IMG/VR virus record: IMGVR_UViG_3300032313_000500
Location: 1 to 64,000 of that record
Origin: a virus
Direction: 5' to 3' (one strand)
DNA: 64,000 nt
Shown: positions 38,000-48,067 of the stretch, piece after piece
Numbering within the stretch: position 1 is the stretch's first letter
How the letters are laid out: every line of letters starts with the position of its first letter
The notes under the pieces: model-generated
Databases searched by the model: none
Told to the model about the DNA's origin: nothing
What the model saw: the letters and a program-made list of their open reading frames with translations, nothing else
Made by a program: the position numbers and the translations under genes

Positions 38000-39376
38000 A
38001 TGAGCGAAAAAGTTGAAGTCAGTGTTGATGCGGACGGCAATGTTCTTAAGTGCGCTAAGGGCGCAAATGCTGCCGATTGCGGGTTTACACCAGGGGCAAA
38101 AGTTTGTGGCAAGTGCGGAGCAATGCCTATTCAGATGAAGATGGTCCCAGTCACTGATGATGACTATGAAGTCAAGGGTGGCGATAACTGGGACGACAGC
38201 GCCATGTTTAACGCTATGAAAAAGCGTCAAAAGGGCATGGGTATGGGTATGCCTGACGAAGAAGACGAAGAAGAAATGCCAATGAAGGGTATGGGCTACG
38301 AAGAAGAAGACGACGAAGAAGACGACTTAGTTCCCATGAAAACTTCAAAGAAGAAGATGTCTCTTGAAATTGAAGAAGACGACGAAGAAGAAGACGACGA
38401 AGACGAGTTGTCCATGGACGGAGAAGTTGACCTAGAGGCAGCAAGAAAGAAGCGCCTTGCCAGCATGGGTGAAAAAGTTGCAGAACTCGGCAGAAATGCA
38501 TACATGTGTGCTGTTGAAAGAAAAGTTTACCCAGGTGGTTCAAGCGTTTGTGACGACTGCCCTGGTGGGTGTTTGCCAGAGCGCGGAATGCCAGGACTTC
38601 TTTCAGTTGAAGGAATTGCTGAACAAATGTTTCAGGGCAAGGTTCTTGACTCTGGATACTCTTCAGATGCAGACATGTTCGTAGTTGACATTCAATCAAA
38701 GAGCGGCCGTGCCGTTGAAGTATTTATTGACGGTACAACTGCAGAAGTTCTTGGTTTCCACAAACTTGACGACAACGCTTTTGAGCAAAAGTCAGCACTT
38801 GATTCAATGATGGTTATTGACTTCCATGAAGCAGCAGAAATTGCTGTTAAGTCTATTCAGGGTGACGTTGTTGCAGTTGAGCCAGACATTTTTGAAGGCT
38901 TTGATGCATACGCAGTTGAGATTGAAGGTCTTGATGGAAAGTCATACGATGTGTTTGTCTCTCTTGACGGTGAAGTTCTTGGATACGATAAGTACGAGCC
39001 AGAAGAAGCAGAAGCAATTGAAGCAGAAGCCGCAGAAATTGCATTAAAGCGTGCATTCAATGAAGACATGCGTACACAAATGGCGCAAGAAGGAAAAGCA
39101 CTTCCAGACGGCTCTTTCCCAATCTCCAACGTAGAAGACCTAAAGAACGCAATCAGCGCTTATGGTCGTGCAGGCGATAAAGAGGCAGCAAAAAAGCACA
39201 TCATGAAGCAAGCAAAGGCTCTCGGTCAGGAAAAACTAATTCCTGCTAACTGGGTAACTGGTGGAGCAAAAGTTGTTGAAGAGAAGTCCGGAGAAGTTGA
39301 CTCTGACCTTATGGCATCACTCGTTGAGTTTGAACTCCTTGAGGCCGAGGTTAAAGACGCAGACCCAACAATCTAG
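38000..39376 (+). CDS. Head-associated protein: two Cys clusters, acidic tract, two PepSY-like repeats and a C-terminal ALPDGSFPI domain
   Basis: AGGAG RBS before ATG 38000. CAKG..CGKCG and CDDCPGGC clusters. EAAEIAVKSIQGDVVAVE..YAVEI..YDVFVSLDGEVL is the PepSY pattern. Confidence 0.65.
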   Translation: MSEKVEVSVDADGNVLKCAKGANAADCGFTPGAKVCGKCGAMPIQMKMVPVTDDDYEVKGGDNWDDSAMFNAMKKRQKGMGMGMPDEEDEEEMPMKGMGYEEEDDEEDDLVPMKTSKKKMSLEIEEDDEEEDDEDELSMDGEVDLEAARKKRLASMGEKVAELGRNAYMCAVERKVYPGGSSVCDDCPGGCLPERGMPGLLSVEGIAEQMFQGKVLDSGYSSDADMFVVDIQSKSGRAVEVFIDGTTAEVLGFHKLDDNAFEQKSALDSMMVIDFHEAAEIAVKSIQGDVVAVEPDIFEGFDAYAVEIEGLDGKSYDVFVSLDGEVLGYDKYEPEEAEAIEAEAAEIALKRAFNEDMRTQMAQEGKALPDGSFPISNVEDLKNAISAYGRAGDKEAAKKHIMKQAKALGQEKLIPANWVTGGAKVVEEKSGEVDSDLMASLVEFELLEAEVKDADPTI

Positions 39377-39392
39377 AGAAAGCGTGGCCCGT

Positions 39393-42300
39393 ATGACGGG
39401 GGTGAACATTAATAAAATTCGCCATTACGCGCCTGGATTCAATAATAGAACAACGCGTCTTGATGCGGATATGTCTGCATTGCTTTTCAAGGCGGGAACA
39501 AGAGTTATTTCATCATCGGAAAGACTAATAGCCGACGTCTCTATTAAGGCAGCAATGGGTGCAGGTGCTCCTGCCGATGATAAAAAAAGAGGCCTTCAAA
39601 GCGCTGGTAAATCAAAGTACATAAACATCAACGGTCTTGTTTATGACCCAGCAGCAAAAAAACAAGAAGGTCAATTCTTTAAACCGTGGATTACGGAAAG
39701 AGAAAGAATTAATGCCATGCGCTCAAGCGACCCAGTTCCCAACTGGGGATGGGTTGATGCGCATCCAGAGCATCAAAATAAACTTGAAGCGCCAAGGAAT
39801 TCAAAAGGCAAAGTAACAAGATATCCAGTAAATCCTAAAACTGGTGAGCCAATGAAGAACCAGGGGTTTGACCAAGAGTTCAAATCTCTTGGACCAACGC
39901 TTGGTGAAAGAAATCCTGGCGGAAAACTGCTTGCACGAACAGCAAAGGCCTTTGGTTTAGTAGTTGATGCTCTTGGAAAATTCAGATGCCCTCCCGGCAC
40001 TCCAGCAGCAAACAGGTTTACAAACGAAAGAGGCGAAGGCTGTTTTGATATTTCAGTAGCCCAAGTACGTAATTTGGTTGGTTCTTTAGCCGACTCAATG
40101 CAGGGACCGCAGAACAGGTCACAAATAGTGTCATCTCTTGCATCTGCGGGATTAAGTATTGCTGAAATTAGAAAGTCCTACAAAGAAAATGGTATTGCCG
40201 GACTAGCAAGCCTCGCACGGCGTGTAGGCATTGATTACGTCGGTGAAAAATGGAACGACATGTCATATGTTTCACAAATACCAGTAAGACTAAGAGAAAT
40301 TTCTGGCTTGACAATGGGCGCTCAGTCAAGAATGGAAAGAATTGTTCAGGAAAAGGCTGCAACAATTGATTTTCTTGCAGAATATTACGGCATAACGGAA
40401 ACTGATGAATATAAAAAAATTGGTGAAATAGTCAAAGCGATGTCTGCCGACCCGGACTCGCCTTTAGCACCAAATCAATTTGAACTTTTGTTTAGAGGTG
40501 GCACTCCAGAAAGTCATGAAGACTGGGCAATTGATGCGCTAATTGAAACACACATTGAGGCAATTAACCAAAAACTTGGACTTGGAGGAACTCCTGATGT
40601 AATTAGGAGAGACCCAGTAATGATGGCAAGAGTTGCTGCAGATGCAAAAGAAGAGTATCTGCGAGCAAAGGCCGCTGGCGAAGTAACGCCAATTACTCAA
40701 TTCATTGATGCTGGTTTGAGAAGAGAAAAAGATTTTAGACTCGGAGCGTTTGAGGATATGGTAATCGCCGCACATGAGCGACCTCATTCTTTCACCATGC
40801 CGAATGGAAGTAAAAGAACATACGTAGCAGATGTTGGTGCCGGATATCAATACGATAAAAATGGAGAGGCTTGGCCTGACACTATTTTAATCAACTCCGG
40901 ACCTGCTCTTCTTGGATTTAGAGATACTCCACCTGCTGGATACATGGACCTATACGAAGCAACAGGCGGAGATATTGACGACCAGTGGAGGGCAGTTGCT
41001 TCAGCAATGGATGCAGACGAGCGCCTCAGAGCATATGCAACGCTATGGGGTACCGACTTGGCGGCAACTGAAGGTCGTGGATGGAGAGATTTTGGAGCAC
41101 AAACCTCTGCTCATGAAAGAGCCCACTGGGGTCAAATGGATGCAATTTTCCAGTATCACGCAGATAACGGAACCGGAAGAAATATAGAAGACTTAAACAA
41201 CGATGAACTGATGGATTTAACTAAAGAATTCATGACAAAAGCATCACCAGAAATATTGAGTGACGTTTTTGGTATTGATATTGATGATTTAATTGATAAG
41301 CGTTTTGACGCTCTTGCTGGTGCTTATAGCCAAGTGAAGCAACAAGAGGCGCTTGGTGAATTGACGGGAGGAGGAACTTCTGAAGAATTTAACTATGCCA
41401 GAACTCTTGCGTTAATGGAGACGCTTGCGGAATTAAAGGCAAATAAAGCAGTCGGCCTAATAGGCGACGACCCGGAGTTGGATGCAATTCTTGAAAAAAT
41501 GGACCCACTACCACCTTTGACTGGTGGCTCAATATCCCCATCGGGTGGAATTGTTCCATCAAGACCCGATGGTTCTCCTGCTCCTAGGTTCGTGCCGTCT
41601 GGCCGCGTTAGACCAACACTCCCTGGTTCGGCACCAGCGCTGCCAACCAATGCTGGAAGGGTGGTTACAACAACTCCAGGAAGAAGTGGCGGAAGAGGCC
41701 GACGAGGACCGGTTGACCCGTTTGAAAAGGAAAGATACGGAAAAGTCCCAACGATGATTAAAGAGGGGCGCTTTACCCTTGAAGACATTGACGAGTTCCT
41801 GTATGGAGAAGACGGCAAAGGTGGACTCAAGCGAATGCTTGAAAGTGTTGCAAACATGCGCACTAAAAAGAACGGCTACACCGACCCAGCATTGGTTAAA
41901 AGAAAACGTCTACTTAATGAACTAGTTGACACAATGGGTATTTCTTTTCCCGAACTTGAAGCACTAGCGCTTAAAGCAAAAAGAGGAGAGTCTTTAACTC
42001 CAGAAGAAAAGTCAAAACTTGTTGACGCTATTTCACATTTAAGAAACGGTGCAAATGAGTTTAAGGCAAAATCTATTGAAGCAAGAAAGAAATTTGAAGA
42101 CTATCGGTCTGTTGATGTATCCAGGGCAACTGGTGACGGTTCCGAATACGACGAAAAAGATACGAACGTATTAAATCTTGAACAAATACAAGACGAAATT
42201 GAAATGTATGAAGCACTGTTCAATAGGGTTGGGCGCGGAATAGCGCCAGCAGTGCATGACATTCTTACAATGACAGAGAATGGACCATACCCTCACCGCC

Positions 42301-45077
42301 TAACCGCAAGAAGACCTGGTCCGCAACCACTTTTAGGAATTGATGTTGATGGTGCTGACGGCATTGCCTCAAGACAGGCTTCAAGACTCAGTCCGCAGGA
42401 ACTTTCCGCCCTTTCTTCTGCTGTAACGAATCCACCTAGAATTCTTTCATATCCAAACCCGCAAAACGTTCCTGAACTTACTTTACTTTTGGAAGATATT
42501 GAAGAGGTTAGACAGGTTTTTGAACGCAATAATTTAACACCACCAATTACCGTTGCGGATAATGAACTCCAAAATGCAGCCCCAGTTATGTCTGGATTGG
42601 ATAAATCGGTGCTTCCAAGCGACATGGTCGTTGAACTTGAAATTGATACGCCAGAAGACACTTCGCCAGGTTCAATCTATGAAATGTCTCAAATATCTTC
42701 GGCTCAACTCATAACGGATTCAAACACAGAGGAAGTTGATGTTCCACGGTCTGGTTTCTCTTCCACTACCGGAATGAGAACAAAGGCCGGAATTGCCGGG
42801 AGACTAATTGCAAGTAAGAGAACAAGAAAACTTCTTGAAAAAGCAGGAATTGACGCAGAAAGAACAGACGTTGTTCAGTTGATGAGTGAAGTTGCTATTG
42901 GTTTTTCGGTTGGAGGACCGTACGGCGCACTTATTCCTATAGCGCGACGTGGAAGCAGAGACGCTGCCGAGCAAGCGCTAAAAATGATGGTTGAACGCGG
43001 ATGGATTGAGCAAGACCTTGCTAACAAAATTGAAAAATATGGTCTTGACAGAATTGCCGCAGAAGGACTTCCTGACGAAATACTTAATTTAGCAGAATCG
43101 GCCAAAGACAGACTCTTAACGGAAGAATCAAAACGTAGGGCTCTTGATTTTGGTTCGGTTCTTCAAGAAAGAAGCATTGAATTATCTGAAGCAACTCGTG
43201 AAAAAGTATCAGAATTAGCCGACACAGGAAAAGAAAAGGCTCGCGAATTAGCAGCCTCGGGCATGGATAGAGCAAGAAGATTAAGAAGTCGCTTTGACAG
43301 GGACTCCGAAGAATTGGATGCAGGTGACCCGTTTTCCCTTCCTCCATCAGGTGGCGCTGTTGATATGCCTTCCCCATACGACGACCCATTTAAGTCCGCG
43401 TTTGTTGACATTGAGTTTAAGCAACTCGGTTCTTCAATCGGGGAGCAAAAGCAAGTTAAGAAAACCAAGGTAAGAGTTGCTGTTCCCGCTGGCTCAAAAG
43501 GCAAGATTGAATCAGGTAAAAGCAAGGCAAGCAACATGATTCTCCCTCCAGGAAAAGTAAAATTTACTGGAGTTGGCGAAGATGGAGTTCCTGAAGCAGA
43601 AATTACTGAACAGATGTCCGCTGAGGAATACATGAAGAATGTTGAAAAGATGTCTTCAGAAATTGCCTCATCTTCCAACAAACCAAGTCTAAAAAAGGCT
43701 GCAAAATTAAGAGCAGATACTGCTAAAAAAATGCGTCAAGAAATGACCGCCAAGTCAGGAACACCTCAGTCAATGTCCGGAATATCAAAAGTTGTATTTG
43801 ATAAATCAAACTCAATAATGGAAAGAGGAAAAGCGGCTGGTATTAATTTCTTCACTCTTGAAAAAGTAAAAAATGACGATACGGATATTGAGACATCCGA
43901 GTACGTGCGTATGTATCAAGAAAAACTTGTATCAACTATTAATAATTACAGCAAATCTTTACCATCTCGTCTTTTTGATGAAGAAATAAGCGCAGATACT
44001 AAAAAGTTTATTTACAGCAATTCAGTAAAAGAGATAGTTAAAGAGGTTAACAAAGTAGCAATGTTGATACACGAAGACATAGATAGAAGAGTACGTGTAT
44101 CAATGTCTAAATCTTCGTTAGAACAATTTGTTGGTTCTGGAAAAATTGCAAATATTGACGTTGATAGTGAATCTTTAAAGATTTTAAAAAACAAAAGAAA
44201 TTCAATGTTGGGTAATTCTCCTGGAATTAAAGAGTTTTCTTTTACTCCTGTTGAGTTTATGCACGGAGTAATGATTGAAAAAATTGAAAAACAACTTTAC
44301 GAAAATGGCACCCATGTTGGCTCCGAAGAATTTACAGATTACGGAAGAGGAATAGAACTTGTACTTCGCGCAGAAAATTCCCCAAGAATTGGATACGGAA
44401 GAAAAGAATCTTACAAAAACGGCGGAATTTTTGTACAAATAAACGAAGAAGACGAAAACCTTATTCAGGCTTCAATTTTTGGACAAATGTTTATGTCAAA
44501 AAATGGTGCAGAAGAATACTTGGCGGAGATTATTGAAGCAAGTCTTTCTGGTGACTATTCAAAACTAATAAAGAAAAATGACGAAGATGTATTTGAAGCG
44601 TTTATAGTTGGAGAAATATCACTTAACGATGTTGAGCACATCAAAATACCTTTGTCAATATTCAACATCAGAAAGAAAAGGGTCCCCAAGAGCAGCATGA
44701 TTGGTGGGGCAGACTCAATCAATATGATATTTATGAACAGAGGAGTTCCAAAAGAAAAAATTAAAGACTTCTTTGATAAAGACGGAACAATAGGTGGCGG
44801 ATACACGCCAAAGCATTTGTCTTACCTAAACGAGTTAGAGGCTGCAGAAGAATTTAAAGAAAACCTAATATCTCTAGGCATATCTGAAGTCATATTTACG
44901 AACAAAGACGGAATTGACATCATGAGTGAGGACACTTGGGTGACCCCACCTCCGACGAAGAAAAAGGGCAAAGACGCCTTGAAGGAGATAGCAAGAAAAG
45001 AAGTTATGTCAATTATTGACAAAATTGCCCCACCACCCAAAAAGCCAATTCCTAAAAAGGAGACTGCAAAGAAATGA
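39393..45077 (+). CDS. Giant multidomain head-cargo protein: HExxH zincin-like, split ART-like and C-terminal DUF3626-like domains
   Basis: AHERAHW plus a distal ETLAE; LDKSVLPSD..PGSIYEMSQISSAQL with RVAVPAGSKG..MILPPG; DYGRGIELVLR..FEAFIVGEISLNDVEHI. Start moved to ATG 39393. Confidence 0.6.
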   Translation: MTGVNINKIRHYAPGFNNRTTRLDADMSALLFKAGTRVISSSERLIADVSIKAAMGAGAPADDKKRGLQSAGKSKYININGLVYDPAAKKQEGQFFKPWITERERINAMRSSDPVPNWGWVDAHPEHQNKLEAPRNSKGKVTRYPVNPKTGEPMKNQGFDQEFKSLGPTLGERNPGGKLLARTAKAFGLVVDALGKFRCPPGTPAANRFTNERGEGCFDISVAQVRNLVGSLADSMQGPQNRSQIVSSLASAGLSIAEIRKSYKENGIAGLASLARRVGIDYVGEKWNDMSYVSQIPVRLREISGLTMGAQSRMERIVQEKAATIDFLAEYYGITETDEYKKIGEIVKAMSADPDSPLAPNQFELLFRGGTPESHEDWAIDALIETHIEAINQKLGLGGTPDVIRRDPVMMARVAADAKEEYLRAKAAGEVTPITQFIDAGLRREKDFRLGAFEDMVIAAHERPHSFTMPNGSKRTYVADVGAGYQYDKNGEAWPDTILINSGPALLGFRDTPPAGYMDLYEATGGDIDDQWRAVASAMDADERLRAYATLWGTDLAATEGRGWRDFGAQTSAHERAHWGQMDAIFQYHADNGTGRNIEDLNNDELMDLTKEFMTKASPEILSDVFGIDIDDLIDKRFDALAGAYSQVKQQEALGELTGGGTSEEFNYARTLALMETLAELKANKAVGLIGDDPELDAILEKMDPLPPLTGGSISPSGGIVPSRPDGSPAPRFVPSGRVRPTLPGSAPALPTNAGRVVTTTPGRSGGRGRRGPVDPFEKERYGKVPTMIKEGRFTLEDIDEFLYGEDGKGGLKRMLESVANMRTKKNGYTDPALVKRKRLLNELVDTMGISFPELEALALKAKRGESLTPEEKSKLVDAISHLRNGANEFKAKSIEARKKFEDYRSVDVSRATGDGSEYDEKDTNVLNLEQIQDEIEMYEALFNRVGRGIAPAVHDILTMTENGPYPHRLTARRPGPQPLLGIDVDGADGIASRQASRLSPQELSALSSAVTNPPRILSYPNPQNVPELTLLLEDIEEVRQVFERNNLTPPITVADNELQNAAPVMSGLDKSVLPSDMVVELEIDTPEDTSPGSIYEMSQISSAQLITDSNTEEVDVPRSGFSSTTGMRTKAGIAGRLIASKRTRKLLEKAGIDAERTDVVQLMSEVAIGFSVGGPYGALIPIARRGSRDAAEQALKMMVERGWIEQDLANKIEKYGLDRIAAEGLPDEILNLAESAKDRLLTEESKRRALDFGSVLQERSIELSEATREKVSELADTGKEKARELAASGMDRARRLRSRFDRDSEELDAGDPFSLPPSGGAVDMPSPYDDPFKSAFVDIEFKQLGSSIGEQKQVKKTKVRVAVPAGSKGKIESGKSKASNMILPPGKVKFTGVGEDGVPEAEITEQMSAEEYMKNVEKMSSEIASSSNKPSLKKAAKLRADTAKKMRQEMTAKSGTPQSMSGISKVVFDKSNSIMERGKAAGINFFTLEKVKNDDTDIETSEYVRMYQEKLVSTINNYSKSLPSRLFDEEISADTKKFIYSNSVKEIVKEVNKVAMLIHEDIDRRVRVSMSKSSLEQFVGSGKIANIDVDSESLKILKNKRNSMLGNSPGIKEFSFTPVEFMHGVMIEKIEKQLYENGTHVGSEEFTDYGRGIELVLRAENSPRIGYGRKESYKNGGIFVQINEEDENLIQASIFGQMFMSKNGAEEYLAEIIEASLSGDYSKLIKKNDEDVFEAFIVGEISLNDVEHIKIPLSIFNIRKKRVPKSSMIGGADSINMIFMNRGVPKEKIKDFFDKDGTIGGGYTPKHLSYLNELEAAEEFKENLISLGISEVIFTNKDGIDIMSEDTWVTPPPTKKKGKDALKEIARKEVMSIIDKIAPPPKKPIPKKETAKK

Positions 45078-45484
45078 AAGCAGTATTAGTGGCAACTGTC
45101 CATGGCGACAAAAAACTATTCTATGTGGTTGACGCAAAAGACGAAAAAACCGACGGCGTACTTGATGATGGCGTTAAACCAAAAGTTGTAAATTTCTGGG
45201 CAACCGCTATGAATGCAATAAATCTAGTACCATTACGTTCAACGAAGTTTCATGATTTTTTATGGGATGGAGCATCTTGGGACAACAGCGACGAATGGGA
45301 AAGGGTTTTTATAAAAAAAACTCAAGTGGTTTCCCCAAGAATGTCGTCTGGTGTTGTTTTTTCAACAGATGCAATGAAATCAAAATTAAAAGAAAAATCA
45401 ATCAATTCTCGCGCTACAGAGTTCAAGACATTGATGCAGACGCAAAATATAAATATAGTACGTTCCAGAACGGGTAACCAATGA
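45074..45484 (+). CDS. Small hypothetical protein coupled to the giant cargo gene
   Basis: ATGA overlaps at both ends; 136 aa. Confidence 0.65.
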   Translation: MKAVLVATVHGDKKLFYVVDAKDEKTDGVLDDGVKPKVVNFWATAMNAINLVPLRSTKFHDFLWDGASWDNSDEWERVFIKKTQVVSPRMSSGVVFSTDAMKSKLKEKSINSRATEFKTLMQTQNINIVRSRTGNQ

Positions 45485-46077
45485 ACAATAGAGACATTAA
45501 GGCAGACCCGCTAGGTGGGATAATCCCCCAAGAACTAGTAACTGGAGACATCCTCAAAGGCCGTGGACCAAGAAGAGGAAACCTTGAAAGACTGCTTCGC
45601 TACTGGCGACCAATCATGAAAAAGCCAGGTGGCTTTAGGCGTTGCAAGGTCATTCTTGCTGACCATCCAGAGTTGTACCCACTGAACAATATATGTGCTT
45701 GGTTGCATCATGAAACTACCGGTCTTTGGCCAAACGAAGGTTGTCACCATCCCGGCATGAAAAACTGCCGTAAAAAAATTAAAAAAGGAACGAATGGTTC
45801 TCTTTTCTCTGACTCAGATTTTGATAAAAGGGTAAGAAAACTTGCTGGAAATAGTAAGAAGTCTTTACAGCCGGAAACCGAGCAATACGAAGACTCAGTA
45901 GTGACGAATGCCGACGAAAAACATTCAGTTCTAGTGATGCGTGACTTTTCTGAGATGGAACCAGATTTTTGCAAAACCATGTCTGACGATTCAAATTGGG
46001 AAATAGAGGGCGAAGACGAAATGGGAAACACCAAGTCAGTCCCTTATGATTCTGAACAGGACAACGACGTTGAGTAA
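45481..46077 (+). CDS. Head-associated protein with GNLERLLRYW..PGGFRRC..CAWLHH..GLWP domain
   Basis: I recognise this motif from domains appended to phage head-maturation proteins; recall, not a search. Confidence 0.55.
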   Translation: MNNRDIKADPLGGIIPQELVTGDILKGRGPRRGNLERLLRYWRPIMKKPGGFRRCKVILADHPELYPLNNICAWLHHETTGLWPNEGCHHPGMKNCRKKIKKGTNGSLFSDSDFDKRVRKLAGNSKKSLQPETEQYEDSVVTNADEKHSVLVMRDFSEMEPDFCKTMSDDSNWEIEGEDEMGNTKSVPYDSEQDNDVE

Positions 46078-48067
46078 TAGAGAAATAAATTTCGTTAAAA
46101 GAAGAGTTGCCCTACTTTCCGTAAAGACGGTACGTAAGGTAAACCCCGTAATTACCATGCGCCTAAACGGCCAGCAAAACGTAATAGATTACAAGGCCTT
46201 AGCAAAACGTTCTGGACTAACACGAAAGTACAGCGTGAAGGTTGGAATACTTGGCACGCACTCAACAATCGGCCAGGCTGCTCAATCTGCAATTTCTGCT
46301 GCAACTCCAGGAAACCTGAGCCCAATAAGAAGCCCGATTCGTTCTGGCTTATGGGGTGCCTTAACTCCTGGAAAGCCAAGAATTCCAGGTGGAACTGGTG
46401 GGGCAAATCGTGCCAGTCGTTGTCCAGAGGGATATCAGTATGGCGGTCGCTTTACTGACTCTCGTTTTTCTACATGTGGGGCAAAACTCTTTGACATACC
46501 TTCCGCTATTGGTTTAGCAATTGGCGCACTGAGAAGGATAGCCCGTGGCGCTAGAGCGGTTTCTGGAGACTCAACTCCAATCACTGGCGAAACTCCACCA
46601 GAGTCAATAGTTCAATCAAGACGTCCACAGATTCCAAGAGTCGGAAATCCCAACCCTGCAGCACGCGCGGCTGCGGCAAAAAACATCGTCTCTCAAATTG
46701 GGCAGACAGACGCGGCAGTCGTAAGAATGGTCAGAAAAGACGGTTTCGCATTGGAGCCAGTAGTCTCAGCGCAAGTACTCAGAGCAATCCCCGACAACAG
46801 GGACATGGAAGGCGCTGACTACATATTGTCAGTTCAGGACCTTCCACAACTCGGTGGCCAAGAACTCGGACTTTTATCAAATACCGGCGTTACTAAACTC
46901 ACCTATGTTTTGCCAGGTGGCTCAACCCTCTCGCTTGAAAAGAAGAGGCAACTCACTGTTGGTGAAAGAAGAAAACTTGGGCGCACCGTTAATGCTGCAT
47001 CAAAAATTGACATATCAAACGACCCCACTGCTCGCCTAAAAGAAGTCGTTGCTCAAACTGGGGATGGAATAGGTTATTCGGAAAACTTTTTAAACATCAA
47101 GAACCCAAATGAGGTGGTTTCTAAAGGTGGAAAGTCGGTTCCGAGATGGGCTGACGAATTGTTCGGCAAGGGAAGAAAAGCAAAGCCTGCAGCCAATGCA
47201 GAAAGAGCAACAGATTCAAGTAGTGCTGTGGGTAAAAACATCACAAGTGTTGACGCTGCAGTTGACCAGATAATGTCCGGAAGACCACTTTCTGAAATTG
47301 ACCCAATGATTTTGCAACAGGCTCTTACAAAGGCAAACGTATTTAAGAGACAAAAATTGGACCGAAGAAGAGAAATGCTTGAAACGCCAAATGGCAACAA
47401 GTACATGCTCTATTCCTCGTCTGGCAAATATGAGCACCTTGGTCAAAAACTTGCAAGCGATATCCAGCAGCACCTTGGTCTTGAGTCACCTGACGTTTTC
47501 TTTGTTGGCGAGGGAGATAAGAGAAAGTACATAGTGGAGGACCCTTCTTCTCTAATTAGGGGATTCCAGGTTGACCGTAGGCGTAAATTCTCCGACTACA
47601 AACCGGAAGATGTAGCAAAAATGCTTGTTTCCGACTGGCTTACGGACCAGAGAGAAAGAGACCCAGGCTCAATTGTTCCTGTTTCAAACGGAACTGACAC
47701 AAAGCCGGTTGTTACCAACAACTTCACTTCTGGACTTACTGACCTTGACCAAGTGTCAATTGTTGAGCGTCAAAAACTAACATTATCTCAATTCATGGAC
47801 GCAAATAGGGCTGAGACTTACTCGCAATATTTCCAAAATTTACAGCAACAACAGAGATTTGCCTTCAGAAGAGAGATTGACGCTCTACTATTAAGAGCAA
47901 GACAATTTAACTTTACACAATTTAAAAATCGCCTTTACAACGATGGTCGCTTAACCGACGCAGAAAAAGCACACCTGAACATCGTTGGGCGCATTCTGGA
48001 AATAAGAATTCAAAACTATGCAGGTAGTAGGGAAATTTTAATGGAAATCCTCGGAGTCAAAAAATGA
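46046..48067 (+). CDS. Head-cargo protein with RCPEG module and degenerate HipA/PI3K-like C-terminal domain
   Basis: RCPEGYQYGGRFTDSRFSTCG; C-terminal HLGQKLASDIQQHLGLESPDV..LVSDWLTDQRERDPGSIV. The true start may be the TTG near 46070. Confidence 0.55.
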   Translation: MILNRTTTLSNREINFVKRRVALLSVKTVRKVNPVITMRLNGQQNVIDYKALAKRSGLTRKYSVKVGILGTHSTIGQAAQSAISAATPGNLSPIRSPIRSGLWGALTPGKPRIPGGTGGANRASRCPEGYQYGGRFTDSRFSTCGAKLFDIPSAIGLAIGALRRIARGARAVSGDSTPITGETPPESIVQSRRPQIPRVGNPNPAARAAAAKNIVSQIGQTDAAVVRMVRKDGFALEPVVSAQVLRAIPDNRDMEGADYILSVQDLPQLGGQELGLLSNTGVTKLTYVLPGGSTLSLEKKRQLTVGERRKLGRTVNAASKIDISNDPTARLKEVVAQTGDGIGYSENFLNIKNPNEVVSKGGKSVPRWADELFGKGRKAKPAANAERATDSSSAVGKNITSVDAAVDQIMSGRPLSEIDPMILQQALTKANVFKRQKLDRRREMLETPNGNKYMLYSSSGKYEHLGQKLASDIQQHLGLESPDVFFVGEGDKRKYIVEDPSSLIRGFQVDRRRKFSDYKPEDVAKMLVSDWLTDQRERDPGSIVPVSNGTDTKPVVTNNFTSGLTDLDQVSIVERQKLTLSQFMDANRAETYSQYFQNLQQQQRFAFRREIDALLLRARQFNFTQFKNRLYNDGRLTDAEKAHLNIVGRILEIRIQNYAGSREILMEILGVKK

